From NCBI GenBank assembly GCA_033764955.1, contig JANRIL010000012.1:1-15852 (forward strand): a DNA stretch of 15,852 nucleotides, read 5' to 3'. The stretch is from Cyanobacteriota bacterium (lineage in GTDB: Bacteria > Cyanobacteriota > Cyanobacteriia > Thermostichales > Thermostichaceae). The notes beneath the pieces were generated by a model that ran no database searches, had not been told where the DNA came from, and was given only the letters and a program-made list of their open reading frames with translations. Positions 8,571 through 15,852 of the stretch are shown here, piece by piece (the stretch's first letter is position 1; each line of letters opens with the position of its first letter). The translations under genes were made by a program, and so were the position numbers.

Positions 8571-8756
8571 TCAGGGGATCCCTAACCAAACTAACCCAGG
8601 ATCCCTAGGCATCCATGTCCAGGCGGAGGCAAGGGGATCCAAGTAGGATTCAGTGATGGATCCCTGAGTTCCAGTAGGAATCATGGTATCGCTGAAGTCG
8701 TCTTTAACATCCACGAAAGTTTCAACTTTACTATAAGGATATATCAGTTCTCCCAC
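8571..8756 (-). pseudogene. Small ORF, probably a degenerate DUF4926-like gene
   Basis: YSKVETFVDV...IPTGTQGSITESY.DP resembles DUF4926-type 'iPaGtxGtIve.Y'; GTG start overlaps the upstream TAG; C-terminal half looks scrambled and is rich in GGATCC. Confidence 0.4.
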
Positions 8757-9604
8757 TATGCTTCTTTTGCTCTATCAATAACAGATTGATATGATTGCCA
8801 AGATTGAATGCCTATTCCATTGCAAAATCCTTTGATAAATTCTACGGCGCTTTCGGCAGCCCATTCTGCACACCCATGCCCAAGCATCTTATTTGGGAAA
8901 TAGGCAGCCGAATTGTCATTCTCATATATTCGATTGCTAGCAAATTGCTTTTCTTTCTCAAGTTGTTTGAGGTTAAGATCCCAGAGTTTCTCTGTCTTAG
9001 ATATTGAATCAATATCAGAGTTTATCACTAGGATTTGAGGTTTGTAGTGAACAAGAATATTTCTAATCTTAATAGCTGTTCTTACATTTTGATAGTATTT
9101 TTCACCGCTATTAAGTGCATTGCAACCACACAAAGACAGAAGGATATCGTATTTGTTAAGAATTTCTGATCTTTCTATGAAATTTCTGGTCTCAGTGGAT
9201 GGTGTTGATGCGTTAGGTCTATTTATGGTCAGACTCCATATGGTCGATATTAGTGAAGTGATCGAATCTCCATATTTTGCCTTTAACTGATTCGCGTAGA
9301 CTGTTTCTAATTTATCTGCAACTCCAGCAAATATCTCATTTGCAGTGGATTCTAAAAAAGCTACAGAAGAAACAATGGAAGAAATAACATATGAGCGATG
9401 AGCATAATGGTATTTTTCGTGTAAGTCATTCCGGTTGTTTTGATCCAGATCTCGAATAAAATTTTCCTCAATTACTTCGCTCAAGTGCGAAAAATGAAAG
9501 GCTGAAAATAGATGGTTTAGTGAGAATGGATCCCAGCGAGAAGAAGAACTTCCAAGCGAAAGATTAGCTCCGATGGATATGCCTGTCTCTTCATTAATAT
9601 TCAT
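8756..9604 (-). CDS. AT-rich hypothetical protein, putative HEPN-domain ribonuclease/toxin
   Basis: 282-codon open frame in markedly AT-rich DNA (17/60 GC at 9001-9060); helical SSIVSSVAFLESTANE segment and R-x4-H motif (KIRNILVHYKP), both typical of HEPN domains. Confidence 0.7.
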   Translation of the reverse strand: MNINEETGISIGANLSLGSSSSRWDPFSLNHLFSAFHFSHLSEVIEENFIRDLDQNNRNDLHEKYHYAHRSYVISSIVSSVAFLESTANEIFAGVADKLETVYANQLKAKYGDSITSLISTIWSLTINRPNASTPSTETRNFIERSEILNKYDILLSLCGCNALNSGEKYYQNVRTAIKIRNILVHYKPQILVINSDIDSISKTEKLWDLNLKQLEKEKQFASNRIYENDNSAAYFPNKMLGHGCAEWAAESAVEFIKGFCNGIGIQSWQSYQSVIDRAKEA

Positions 9605-9824
9605 TGTGCTTATGAGTCAAAAAGTATGGAATAAAGTGCTTCATCAGTTCAGGATCCCGTGTCAATTCATCGACTGAGCTAGAAGGAGGCATTAGATCGC
9701 TCCACTTATTCGTTTGTTGAAGGCGATCCACGTAAAGATAAAAAGCCTTAGTATCTTCTCGATGTGCAAGGACATAGGTGCGAAGCTCTGGTTGAGACAT
9801 TGATTGTAAGTTCGGATCCATCAC
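9594..9824 (-). CDS. DUF6887-like small protein
   Basis: PNLQSMSQPELRTYVLAHREDTKAFYLYVDRL matches the recalled cyanobacterial pattern PNF..MS..ELR.YVL.HR.D.EAF..Y.DR; AGGAG upstream. Confidence 0.8.
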   Translation of the reverse strand: MMDPNLQSMSQPELRTYVLAHREDTKAFYLYVDRLQQTNKWSDLMPPSSSVDELTRDPELMKHFIPYFLTHKHNEY

Positions 9825-10009
9825 CTATATCTCCTACTGGCTCGCGGGATAAATTTCGACCTTGTTTTCTTCACCTACCAGCAAGTAGATGTTGCCAGTT
9901 CGGTCGTCCATTCGCACCAAATGAGCAGCTACGTACAGCTTGGTCAGCTAAGCTGTCAAAACAAAGCATTGCAGAGTCTGGGCTTGGGATAGAGAGAGGC
10001 TGCAACCAT
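9825..10009 (-). pseudogene. DUF6888-like pseudogene
   Basis: Manual translation SQAQTLQCFVLTA*LTKLYVAAHLVRMDDRTGNIYLLVGEENKVEIYPASQ*EI*; in-frame TAG at 9948-9950 and 9834-9836; no in-frame start; lies directly upstream of the DUF6887-like gene, its usual partner. Confidence 0.7.
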
Positions 10010-10073
10010 CACGACTTTGGAGGAACCGCCCAACCAAGAGCGCCCAGAGATCATGGTCGGAGGTTCCCTGACT

Positions 10074-10682
10074 TTAGCTGGCTAAAGCTTCTGCCCGATC
10101 CTCGATCACGCGATCGATCAACCCATAGGTTTGCGCTTCCTGGGCGGAGAGATAATAATCCCGCTCCACATCCCGTTCAATTTTCTCCAGAGGTTGTCCC
10201 GTGCGATCCACCAAAATTTGATTCAGCTTGCGCTTTACCCGCAGCGTTTCTCTGGCGCGAATCTCGATGTCACTGGCTTGTCCCTGCACACCACCGGAGG
10301 GCTGGTGAATCATGATGCGTGAGTGGGGGAGAGCAAATCGCTTGCCTTTGGTTCCTGCTGCCAACAAAAACGCCCCCATGGAAGCAGCTAAGCCCACACA
10401 AACCGTAACCACATCCGACTTGATGTGATTCATGGTGTCGTAGATGGCTAACCCTGCCGTTACGGATCCCCCTGGCGAATTGATATACATGACGATATCT
10501 TTGCCCGCATCTTGAGAGTTGAGATAGAGCATAACAGCGACCACTGTATTCGCCACTTGGTCATCAATCGGCTCACCAATAAAAATGATCCGCTCTTGAT
10601 ACAGACGGTTATAAATGCTGATCCATTGGCTGTAGGGTTCCCCGGGCAACCGATAGGGAACACTGGGTACTCCAATTGGCAT
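10074..10682 (-). CDS. clpP: ATP-dependent Clp protease proteolytic subunit (ClpP3 type)
   Basis: [15 protein letters not shown]-terminus, [12 protein letters not shown], catalytic Ser (GLAASMG), His (MIHQP), Asp (ERDYY); AGGAGG RBS supports ATG at 10682. Confidence 0.97.
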   Translation of the reverse strand: MPIGVPSVPYRLPGEPYSQWISIYNRLYQERIIFIGEPIDDQVANTVVAVMLYLNSQDAGKDIVMYINSPGGSVTAGLAIYDTMNHIKSDVVTVCVGLAASMGAFLLAAGTKGKRFALPHSRIMIHQPSGGVQGQASDIEIRARETLRVKRKLNQILVDRTGQPLEKIERDVERDYYLSAQEAQTYGLIDRVIEDRAEALAS

Positions 10683-10800
10683 AGCCACCTCCTAAAAACA
10701 ACTTGCTCATGGACGCGACCTACCCCTTAGCGATAGCAGAAAACCCCCTCAGGGTCAGGTCATAAAAAATTTCACAAGAGAAGAAGACTAAACCGATCGT

Positions 10801-11448
10801 TTATCCTGCTGTTGCCGCTAACGCGGGGGGCAGACTTTTGTTCTGAGTCAACACTTGATCGATCAAGCCATACTCCTTTGCTTCTTCTGGAGTCATAAAC
10901 AAGAATCGCTCCGTATCCTGTTTAATCCGATCTATCGACTGCCCTGTGTTTTTGGCCAGTTGTTCTAGCATCATCTGCCGCACCGTCAATACTTCTTTTG
11001 TGCGGATTTGAATATCGCTGGCTTGCCCACGGGTTCCTCCATAGGGCTGATGCAACAAAATCGTGGCATTAGGCAAGCTAGCTCGGAATCCTTTAGCACC
11101 CGCCGAGAGTAACATAGCCGCCATACCCATGGCATTGCCAATACAAATGGTATGCACAGGGGGCTTAATGTAATTCATGGTGTCCATGATGGCAAAAGCC
11201 GCCGTGTCGTAGCTGTAGGTGCCTGTTGAGTTGATATACATGCGGATCGGTTTTTCCCGATCTTCGTATTGCAAATACAACAGTTGGGCAATGATCAACT
11301 TGGTTACGTTGGCTTCTGGTTCTTCCGCTAACGGTAGTCCCAGATAAATAATCCGCTCTTGCAAAAGCAGAGAAGGCAGATCCGGTGGGGGAGTCCGAAA
11401 GGGGACGCCGCCCGAATAGTAATTTGATTGCACCGCTTGCAGATCCAT
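10801..11448 (-). CDS. clpR: Non-catalytic Clp protease subunit ClpR
   Basis: RTPPPDLPSLLL.ERIIYLG.PL, YINSTGT; catalytic Ser position replaced (GNAMGMA); directly upstream of clpP3. Confidence 0.92.
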   Translation of the reverse strand: MDLQAVQSNYYSGGVPFRTPPPDLPSLLLQERIIYLGLPLAEEPEANVTKLIIAQLLYLQYEDREKPIRMYINSTGTYSYDTAAFAIMDTMNYIKPPVHTICIGNAMGMAAMLLSAGAKGFRASLPNATILLHQPYGGTRGQASDIQIRTKEVLTVRQMMLEQLAKNTGQSIDRIKQDTERFLFMTPEEAKEYGLIDQVLTQNKSLPPALAATAG

Positions 11449-11496
11449 AAAATAATTCGCCCAATTCCCAATTTTTCAAAAAGCTTATTCCACCAG

Positions 11497-11527
11497 GAAA
11501 CAGGAGGAGCCAGCGTGGCTCCCCCTG
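11497..11527 (-). terminator. Stem-loop after clpC (weak terminator or RNA processing/stability element)
   Basis: Minus strand CAGGGGGAGCCA-CGC-TGGCTCCTCCTG followed by TTTC, 13 nt after the clpC stop. Confidence 0.55.
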
Positions 11528-11540
11528 CGGTATTCGAGCT

Positions 11541-14012
11541 TTATTCCGCTCCTTGGGTCAACAACACCCGTTCCGGCTCATTCACCAGCACCTTGGTTTT
11601 GCGATCCTCATCCACATCCAGTGTGGCGGTGGATCCCTCTTTGACTCGACCCGTCAAGATTTCTTCTGCCAAGATGTCTTCCATCAGACGTTGGATGGCA
11701 CGCCGTAGAGGTCTGGCTCCGTAGCTAGGGTTGTAACCTTCCTCTACAATCAAATCCTTAAACCGATCTGTGACTGACAGGAGGATCTTCTTCTCAGCCA
11801 TCCGATCAAAGACTTCCTTCAAGAGGAGATCGGCAATCTGCTTGACCTCATCCTTAGAAAGTTGCCGGAAGACAATCACCTCATCAAGGCGATTCAGAAA
11901 TTCAGGGCGGAAGTATTGCTTGAGTTCTTCATTGACCAAGTTACGAATTCGATTGTAGTTCGCATCTTCATCGTTGCTATTAAACTCAAAGCCCAGACTG
12001 CCCCCACCCTTTTCGATAACTTTTGAGCCAATATTGGAGGTCATGACCAGCAGAGTATTTTTGAAATCTACCGTTCGTCCCTTGGCGTCAGTCAACCGAC
12101 CATCTTCCAAAATTTGCAGCAGTAGATTAAAGACATCGGGGTGTGCCTTTTCAATTTCGTCAAACAAAACAACAGTGTAGGGACGCCGCCGAACTGCCTC
12201 CGTCAATTGCCCCCCCTCGTTATAGCCGACGTATCCTGGCGGGGATCCAATCAGCTTCGATACCGTGTGCCGCTCCATATATTCCGACATATCCAGCCGG
12301 ATCATGGCACTCTCCGAACCAAAGAAGTAGGTAGCTAGGGCTTTGGTCAACTCGGTTTTGCCAACTCCGGTTGGGCCAGAGAAAATAAAGCTGGCAATGG
12401 GACGATTTGGACTTTTAAGCCCTACTCTTGCCCGTCGAATTGCTCTAGAGATGGCGCGCACCGCTTCCTCCTGCCCAACAATGCGGGTGTGGAGGGTATC
12501 TTCCATTTGCAGGAGTTTATTGGACTCCGTTTCCGTCAGTTTAGAAACAGGCACACCCGTCCAAGAACTGACAATCTGAGCGATATCTTCTTCATCCACC
12601 ACAGGCATCTCTTCGCGGGAGGTTTCTTCTGCTTTTTTGGCAGCGGCAATCGCCTTAATCTCCTGCTTGATCTCCATTTCTCGATCCCGCAGTTCACCAG
12701 CTCGGTCAAAGTCTTGGGCACGGACAGCTGCATCCTTCTCTTTGAGCAAGCGCCGTAGCTCCTGATCGAGTTCGCGGGCGGCTGGAGGAAGTTGCGAGTT
12801 GATCAAGCGCACCCGTGATGCCGCTTCATCAACCAGGTCGATCGCCTTGTCGGGCAAGAAACGATCGGAGATGTACTGATCTGCTAACTTGGCTGCCGCA
12901 TCCAAAGCCGCATCGGAGATTTTTAGTTTGTGGTGGGTTTCGTAGCGATCCCGCAAGCCAAAGAGAATTTCAATAGTTTCGGTAACGGAAGGCTCACCCA
13001 CCATAATCGGCTGGAAGCGCCGCTCTAGGGCAGCATCCCGCTCAATATGCTTGCGGTATTCGTCGAGAGTGGTGGCACCGATGCACTGAAGTTCTCCCCT
13101 CGCTAAAGCCGGCTTGAGGATATTGGCAGCATCAATTGCTCCTTCTGCCGCCCCGGCACCAATTAAGGTATGAACCTCATCAATCACCAAAATCACGTTC
13201 CCGGCGGAACGGATTTCGTCCATGATTTTTTTCAGCCGTTCCTCAAATTCGCCACGATATTTGGTTCCTGCTACCAATAACCCGATATCAAGGCTGACCA
13301 CGCGCTTATCTACGAGAATATCTGGGACATCTCCCTGAATAATTCGCTGGGCTAATCCCTCAGCAATGGCGGTCTTGCCCACCCCAGGTTCACCAATTAA
13401 AACCGGATTGTTTTTGGTGCGGCGACCTAAGATTTGAATCACCCGCTCGATCTCACGCTGCCGACCTACCACGGGATCCAATTTGTTGTCTTGAGCCAGT
13501 TGGGTCAGATTAGAACCAAACTCATCTAGAGTGGGAGTTTTGGTGCGCCCCTGGGATCCGCCGGCGGTAACCTCGGCGGTTTCCCCTAACATGCGGATGA
13601 CCTGCGTCCGCACCTTGGAAAGATCAACCCCCAAGTTTTCTAAGACACGGGCGGCAACGCCTTCTCCTTCGCGGATCAGACCCAACAAGAGATGCTCAGT
13701 GCCAATGTAGTTGTGGCCTAGCTGACGAGCTTCCTCTAGTGACAATTCCAAAACACGCTTGGCACGCGGGGTAAAGGGAATCTCAACCGCCACAAAACCT
13801 GAACCGCGACCAATAATCTTTTCGACTTCGATGCGGGCATCCTTTAAGTTTACTCCCATAGACTTAAGGACTTTGGCGGCGACCCCAGTGCCCTCGCCGA
13901 TTAACCCTAGTAGTATTTGTTCAGTGCCAACAAAGTTGTGACCAAGACGTCTGGCTTCTTCTTGAGCCAGCATGATCACTTTAATGGCTTTTTCTGTGAA
14001 ACGCTCGAACAT
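11541..14012 (-). CDS. clpC: ATP-dependent Clp protease ATP-binding subunit ClpC
   Basis: [32 protein letters not shown] start at 14012 (AAGGGAG RBS); two Walker A motifs GEPGVGKT and [11 protein letters not shown] coiled coil; SLGF P-loop. Confidence 0.98.
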   Translation of the reverse strand: MFERFTEKAIKVIMLAQEEARRLGHNFVGTEQILLGLIGEGTGVAAKVLKSMGVNLKDARIEVEKIIGRGSGFVAVEIPFTPRAKRVLELSLEEARQLGHNYIGTEHLLLGLIREGEGVAARVLENLGVDLSKVRTQVIRMLGETAEVTAGGSQGRTKTPTLDEFGSNLTQLAQDNKLDPVVGRQREIERVIQILGRRTKNNPVLIGEPGVGKTAIAEGLAQRIIQGDVPDILVDKRVVSLDIGLLVAGTKYRGEFEERLKKIMDEIRSAGNVILVIDEVHTLIGAGAAEGAIDAANILKPALARGELQCIGATTLDEYRKHIERDAALERRFQPIMVGEPSVTETIEILFGLRDRYETHHKLKISDAALDAAAKLADQYISDRFLPDKAIDLVDEAASRVRLINSQLPPAARELDQELRRLLKEKDAAVRAQDFDRAGELRDREMEIKQEIKAIAAAKKAEETSREEMPVVDEEDIAQIVSSWTGVPVSKLTETESNKLLQMEDTLHTRIVGQEEAVRAISRAIRRARVGLKSPNRPIASFIFSGPTGVGKTELTKALATYFFGSESAMIRLDMSEYMERHTVSKLIGSPPGYVGYNEGGQLTEAVRRRPYTVVLFDEIEKAHPDVFNLLLQILEDGRLTDAKGRTVDFKNTLLVMTSNIGSKVIEKGGGSLGFEFNSNDEDANYNRIRNLVNEELKQYFRPEFLNRLDEVIVFRQLSKDEVKQIADLLLKEVFDRMAEKKILLSVTDRFKDLIVEEGYNPSYGARPLRRAIQRLMEDILAEEILTGRVKEGSTATLDVDEDRKTKVLVNEPERVLLTQGAE

Positions 14013-14100
14013 GGTGGTCTCCCTTCGCCTGCACAAGGTTGCAGTGGGCTTGATAGGTGTAATCCTAGCACAGGTTTTCGATGGGTTAAGAGACGGCAAT

Positions 14101-14130
14101 TACCCCAGAATTCTGTTTTTCCTGGGGATA
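14101..14130 (-). terminator. Inverted repeat just downstream of tRNA-Arg
   Basis: CCCCAG (14103-14108) ... CTGGGG (14122-14127) directly 3' of the tRNA. Confidence 0.4.
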
Positions 14131-14134
14131 AAAA

Positions 14135-14208
14135 CGCGCCTGAAAGGATTCGAACCTCCGACACCGTGGTCCGTAGCCACGTGCTCTAGTCCACTGAGCT
14201 ACAGGCGC
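14135..14208 (-). tRNA. tRNA-Arg(ACG), CCA not encoded
   Basis: GCGCCTG acceptor stem, TAGCTCAGTGGACTAGAGC D-arm, anticodon arm CGTGG-CTACGGA-CCACG, T-loop GGTTCGAATCC; 74 nt. Confidence 0.97.
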
Positions 14209-14328
14209 AAAGGGTTTTGCTCAGATATAACGAGGGAAAATTTAATTTCCCCCAACTCAAGCTCATGCATCATAGCATAAGTTTGCCATTTGTGGAGTAG
14301 GGATCCCTGCACCTGCTGGATATTCGAC

Positions 14329-15627
14329 TTATCTTCCGGCAGACTGGCGGCTCAGATTTTGTTCCTGACCCCAGATGGTTAGGGCGGCTTGTTCACCACT
14401 ATAGAGGGATCCCTCAATGCTGCTGTGCTGGGTATATTCACCAGCTAAGAGTAACCCCTGAATGGGGGTTTGGGGGGTGGGTAGAGCATTCTGAAATCCG
14501 GCAGGCTGAGCAAACTGGGCGAAAGGAATGCGATAGCTGCGTAACCATTTCAGCCCTTTGACTTTTTGGGGAGAAAACCAGGTGGTGAGTTCCTCTAGGC
14601 ATTGTTCTGCTAGCGCCTGATCTCCAATTTGGGGTAGCCCCAACACCACCGCGGAATAGAGATGCTGTCCGGCGGGGGCGAGATCAGGGCTGACTTGACT
14701 GAGTTCGACGAGATTGTTGATCCAGCCTCGACCGTTGGCATTTAGGTGGATTAGGGATCCCATCCCCAATGAGTCAGGAGAGGCAAAGTAAAGACAGGTT
14801 ACGGAGCGAGGGGAATCGGGGAGGGGGAGGCTCAGCAGTTGTCTTGCAGAGGGGGCATCAGTGGCACAGACCACCCAATTGGCTTTGAGGATCTCTCCGG
14901 TGGTCATTTTTACACCAATCACTTTGGGTTGGCTCTCCTCCGTTCGGAGAATCTCGGCAACTGGGCTGGCGCATCGGATCTGATGGGGGAGGAGGCGGGC
15001 GGCTAGTTGTTGGCTGATCGCTCCCATCCCTAAGCGGGGTGTAACAATGGATCCCTCCGCCAGCATTTTGAAATAGAACTGAAAGAGATGAGCACTGGTG
15101 GTGAGATCAGGATCGAGCAAAATGCCTCGATAAAAAGGCAGTAAAAAATGTTCGAGGATGGCCTCAGAAAAGCCAAACTGCCTGAGCCATTCTCGGGTGG
15201 AGCGATCCGCTTCCTGAAAAATGTCCGGGATCCCTTTTCTCAGCAAACGCCAACGCAGGCTTAAAATTCTCAGTTTGTCTGACCAGGAGATTAAGGGATT
15301 GCTGAGGGAAGGCAAAAGGGATCCCCTGTCCCGCCAGGGATCCCCAATCCAATGGTGTCGCCCATCTTTAACGAGAACAGCACCCGGACGGTAGGGTTTT
15401 GGGTCAAGAGCGGCTAGATCGAGATGTCGTCCCACCGCAGGATAGGCCGTAAATAAAACCTGAAAGCCCCGATCCAACCGAAATCCCTCCACCAAGTCGG
15501 TTTGGACTCGTCCCCCCACAGAGAAATCCTTCTCCAACACCAGCAGATCAGTAATGCCCCGTTCCCTGAGAACGTTGGCGCAGGTGAGACCTGCTAACCC
15601 TGCCCCAATCACTACCACCGAAACCAT
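14329..15627 (-). CDS. FAD-dependent oxidoreductase (flavin amine oxidase / phytoene desaturase-like family)
   Basis: Rossmann motif VVVIGAGLAGLTCA...VLEK...VGGRVQTD..EGFRLDRGFQVL; C-terminal LLLAGEYT..SSIEGSLYSG. Confidence 0.92.
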   Translation of the reverse strand: MVSVVVIGAGLAGLTCANVLRERGITDLLVLEKDFSVGGRVQTDLVEGFRLDRGFQVLFTAYPAVGRHLDLAALDPKPYRPGAVLVKDGRHHWIGDPWRDRGSLLPSLSNPLISWSDKLRILSLRWRLLRKGIPDIFQEADRSTREWLRQFGFSEAILEHFLLPFYRGILLDPDLTTSAHLFQFYFKMLAEGSIVTPRLGMGAISQQLAARLLPHQIRCASPVAEILRTEESQPKVIGVKMTTGEILKANWVVCATDAPSARQLLSLPLPDSPRSVTCLYFASPDSLGMGSLIHLNANGRGWINNLVELSQVSPDLAPAGQHLYSAVVLGLPQIGDQALAEQCLEELTTWFSPQKVKGLKWLRSYRIPFAQFAQPAGFQNALPTPQTPIQGLLLAGEYTQHSSIEGSLYSGEQAALTIWGQEQNLSRQSAGR

Positions 15628-15700
15628 GTTTTTGTCGGCTCCTCAGGGATCCCTCCCTTGACGGGTCACCCTTAAGAGTAGGTGAAGATTGACACTCGTT

Positions 15701-15742
15701 TGTAACAAATACTTGACGAAACTTAACGAAGGGGATTAGATT
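15701..15742 (+). promoter_or_regulatory. psbA promoter with HLR1-like tandem repeats
   Basis: TTGACG (15713-15718), 18-nt spacer, TAGATT (15737-15742); 10-nt-period repeats tgtaacaaat/acttgacgaa/acttaacgaa; a second TTGACA at 15689-15694. Confidence 0.55.
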
Positions 15743-15787
15743 TGGGGATGTAATCGTTCAACGCTCTCAAACCGGAGAGCCATCATC

Positions 15788-15852
15788 ATGACTACTGTTA
15801 TTCAACGTCGCTCATCGAGCAACGTGTGGGAGCAGTTCTGCGAGTGGATTAC
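15788..15852 (+). CDS. psbA: Photosystem II D1 protein, 5' fragment (runs off window)
   Basis: MTTVIQRRSSSNVWEQFCEWIT matches the D1 N-terminus; GGAG RBS at 15774-15777. Confidence 0.93.
   Translation, partial: MTTVIQRRSSSNVWEQFCEWI

Larger units (their letters stand above)
506..15653. repeat. Dispersed highly iterated palindrome GGGATCCC (HIP1 alternative)
   Basis: Perfect copies counted by eye at 506, 1014, 2491, 2618, 2691, 3223, 4185, 4587, 5138, 5839, 6385, 6904, 8575, 14300, 14406, 14754, 15227, 15318, 15337, 15646, plus many 7/8 matches. Confidence 0.92.

Noticed and set aside
10028..10062. GCCCAAC resembling an integron attC R'' box
   Set aside because: No matching GTTRRRY, too short, no similar sites between cassette genes and no integrase.
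9764..10315. 183-aa plus-strand ORF and the other antisense/shadow ORFs within trpC, metF, hppD, clpC and others
   Set aside because: They overlap well-supported genes and show no recognisable motifs.
14013..14099. 29-aa N-terminal extension of ClpC
   Set aside because: The conserved MFERFTEKA start with an RBS is at 14012; the upstream region looks like promoter/UTR.
14135..14208. tRNA-Arg as an integration site for the accessory cassette
   Set aside because: No duplicated tRNA 3' end seen; clpC follows directly and the cassette is ~4 kb away.

Overview
Cyanobacterial chromosomal window. About 20 perfect copies of the palindrome GGGATCCC, with no canonical HIP1 GCGATCGC seen, point to the hot-spring Synechococcus OS-A/OS-B' (Thermostichus) lineage. 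Most of it is housekeeping: a DnaJ/DUF4168-like protein, a VKOR-thioredoxin fusion, trpC, a DUF5340-like gene, an uncalled 52-aa membrane protein, metF, hppD, ycf3, gatC, a DEP-domain protein, a clpC-clpR-clpP3 cluster, tRNA-Arg(ACG), an FAD oxidoreductase and the 5' end of psbA. The most unusual part is a ~1.9 kb minus-strand accessory cassette (~8128-10009). In transcription order it holds a DUF6888-like pseudogene, a DUF6887-like gene, an intact AT-rich 282-aa ORF with a HEPN-type RxxxxH motif, a DUF4926-like remnant and a Uma2 pseudogene, making it a candidate toxin-antitoxin or defence module. Other points of interest are a 39-bp repeat/34-bp spacer/39-bp repeat unit between VKOR and trpC, an atypical ClpR, and a perfect NtcA-type box. 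All family calls come from recalled motifs, not database searches.
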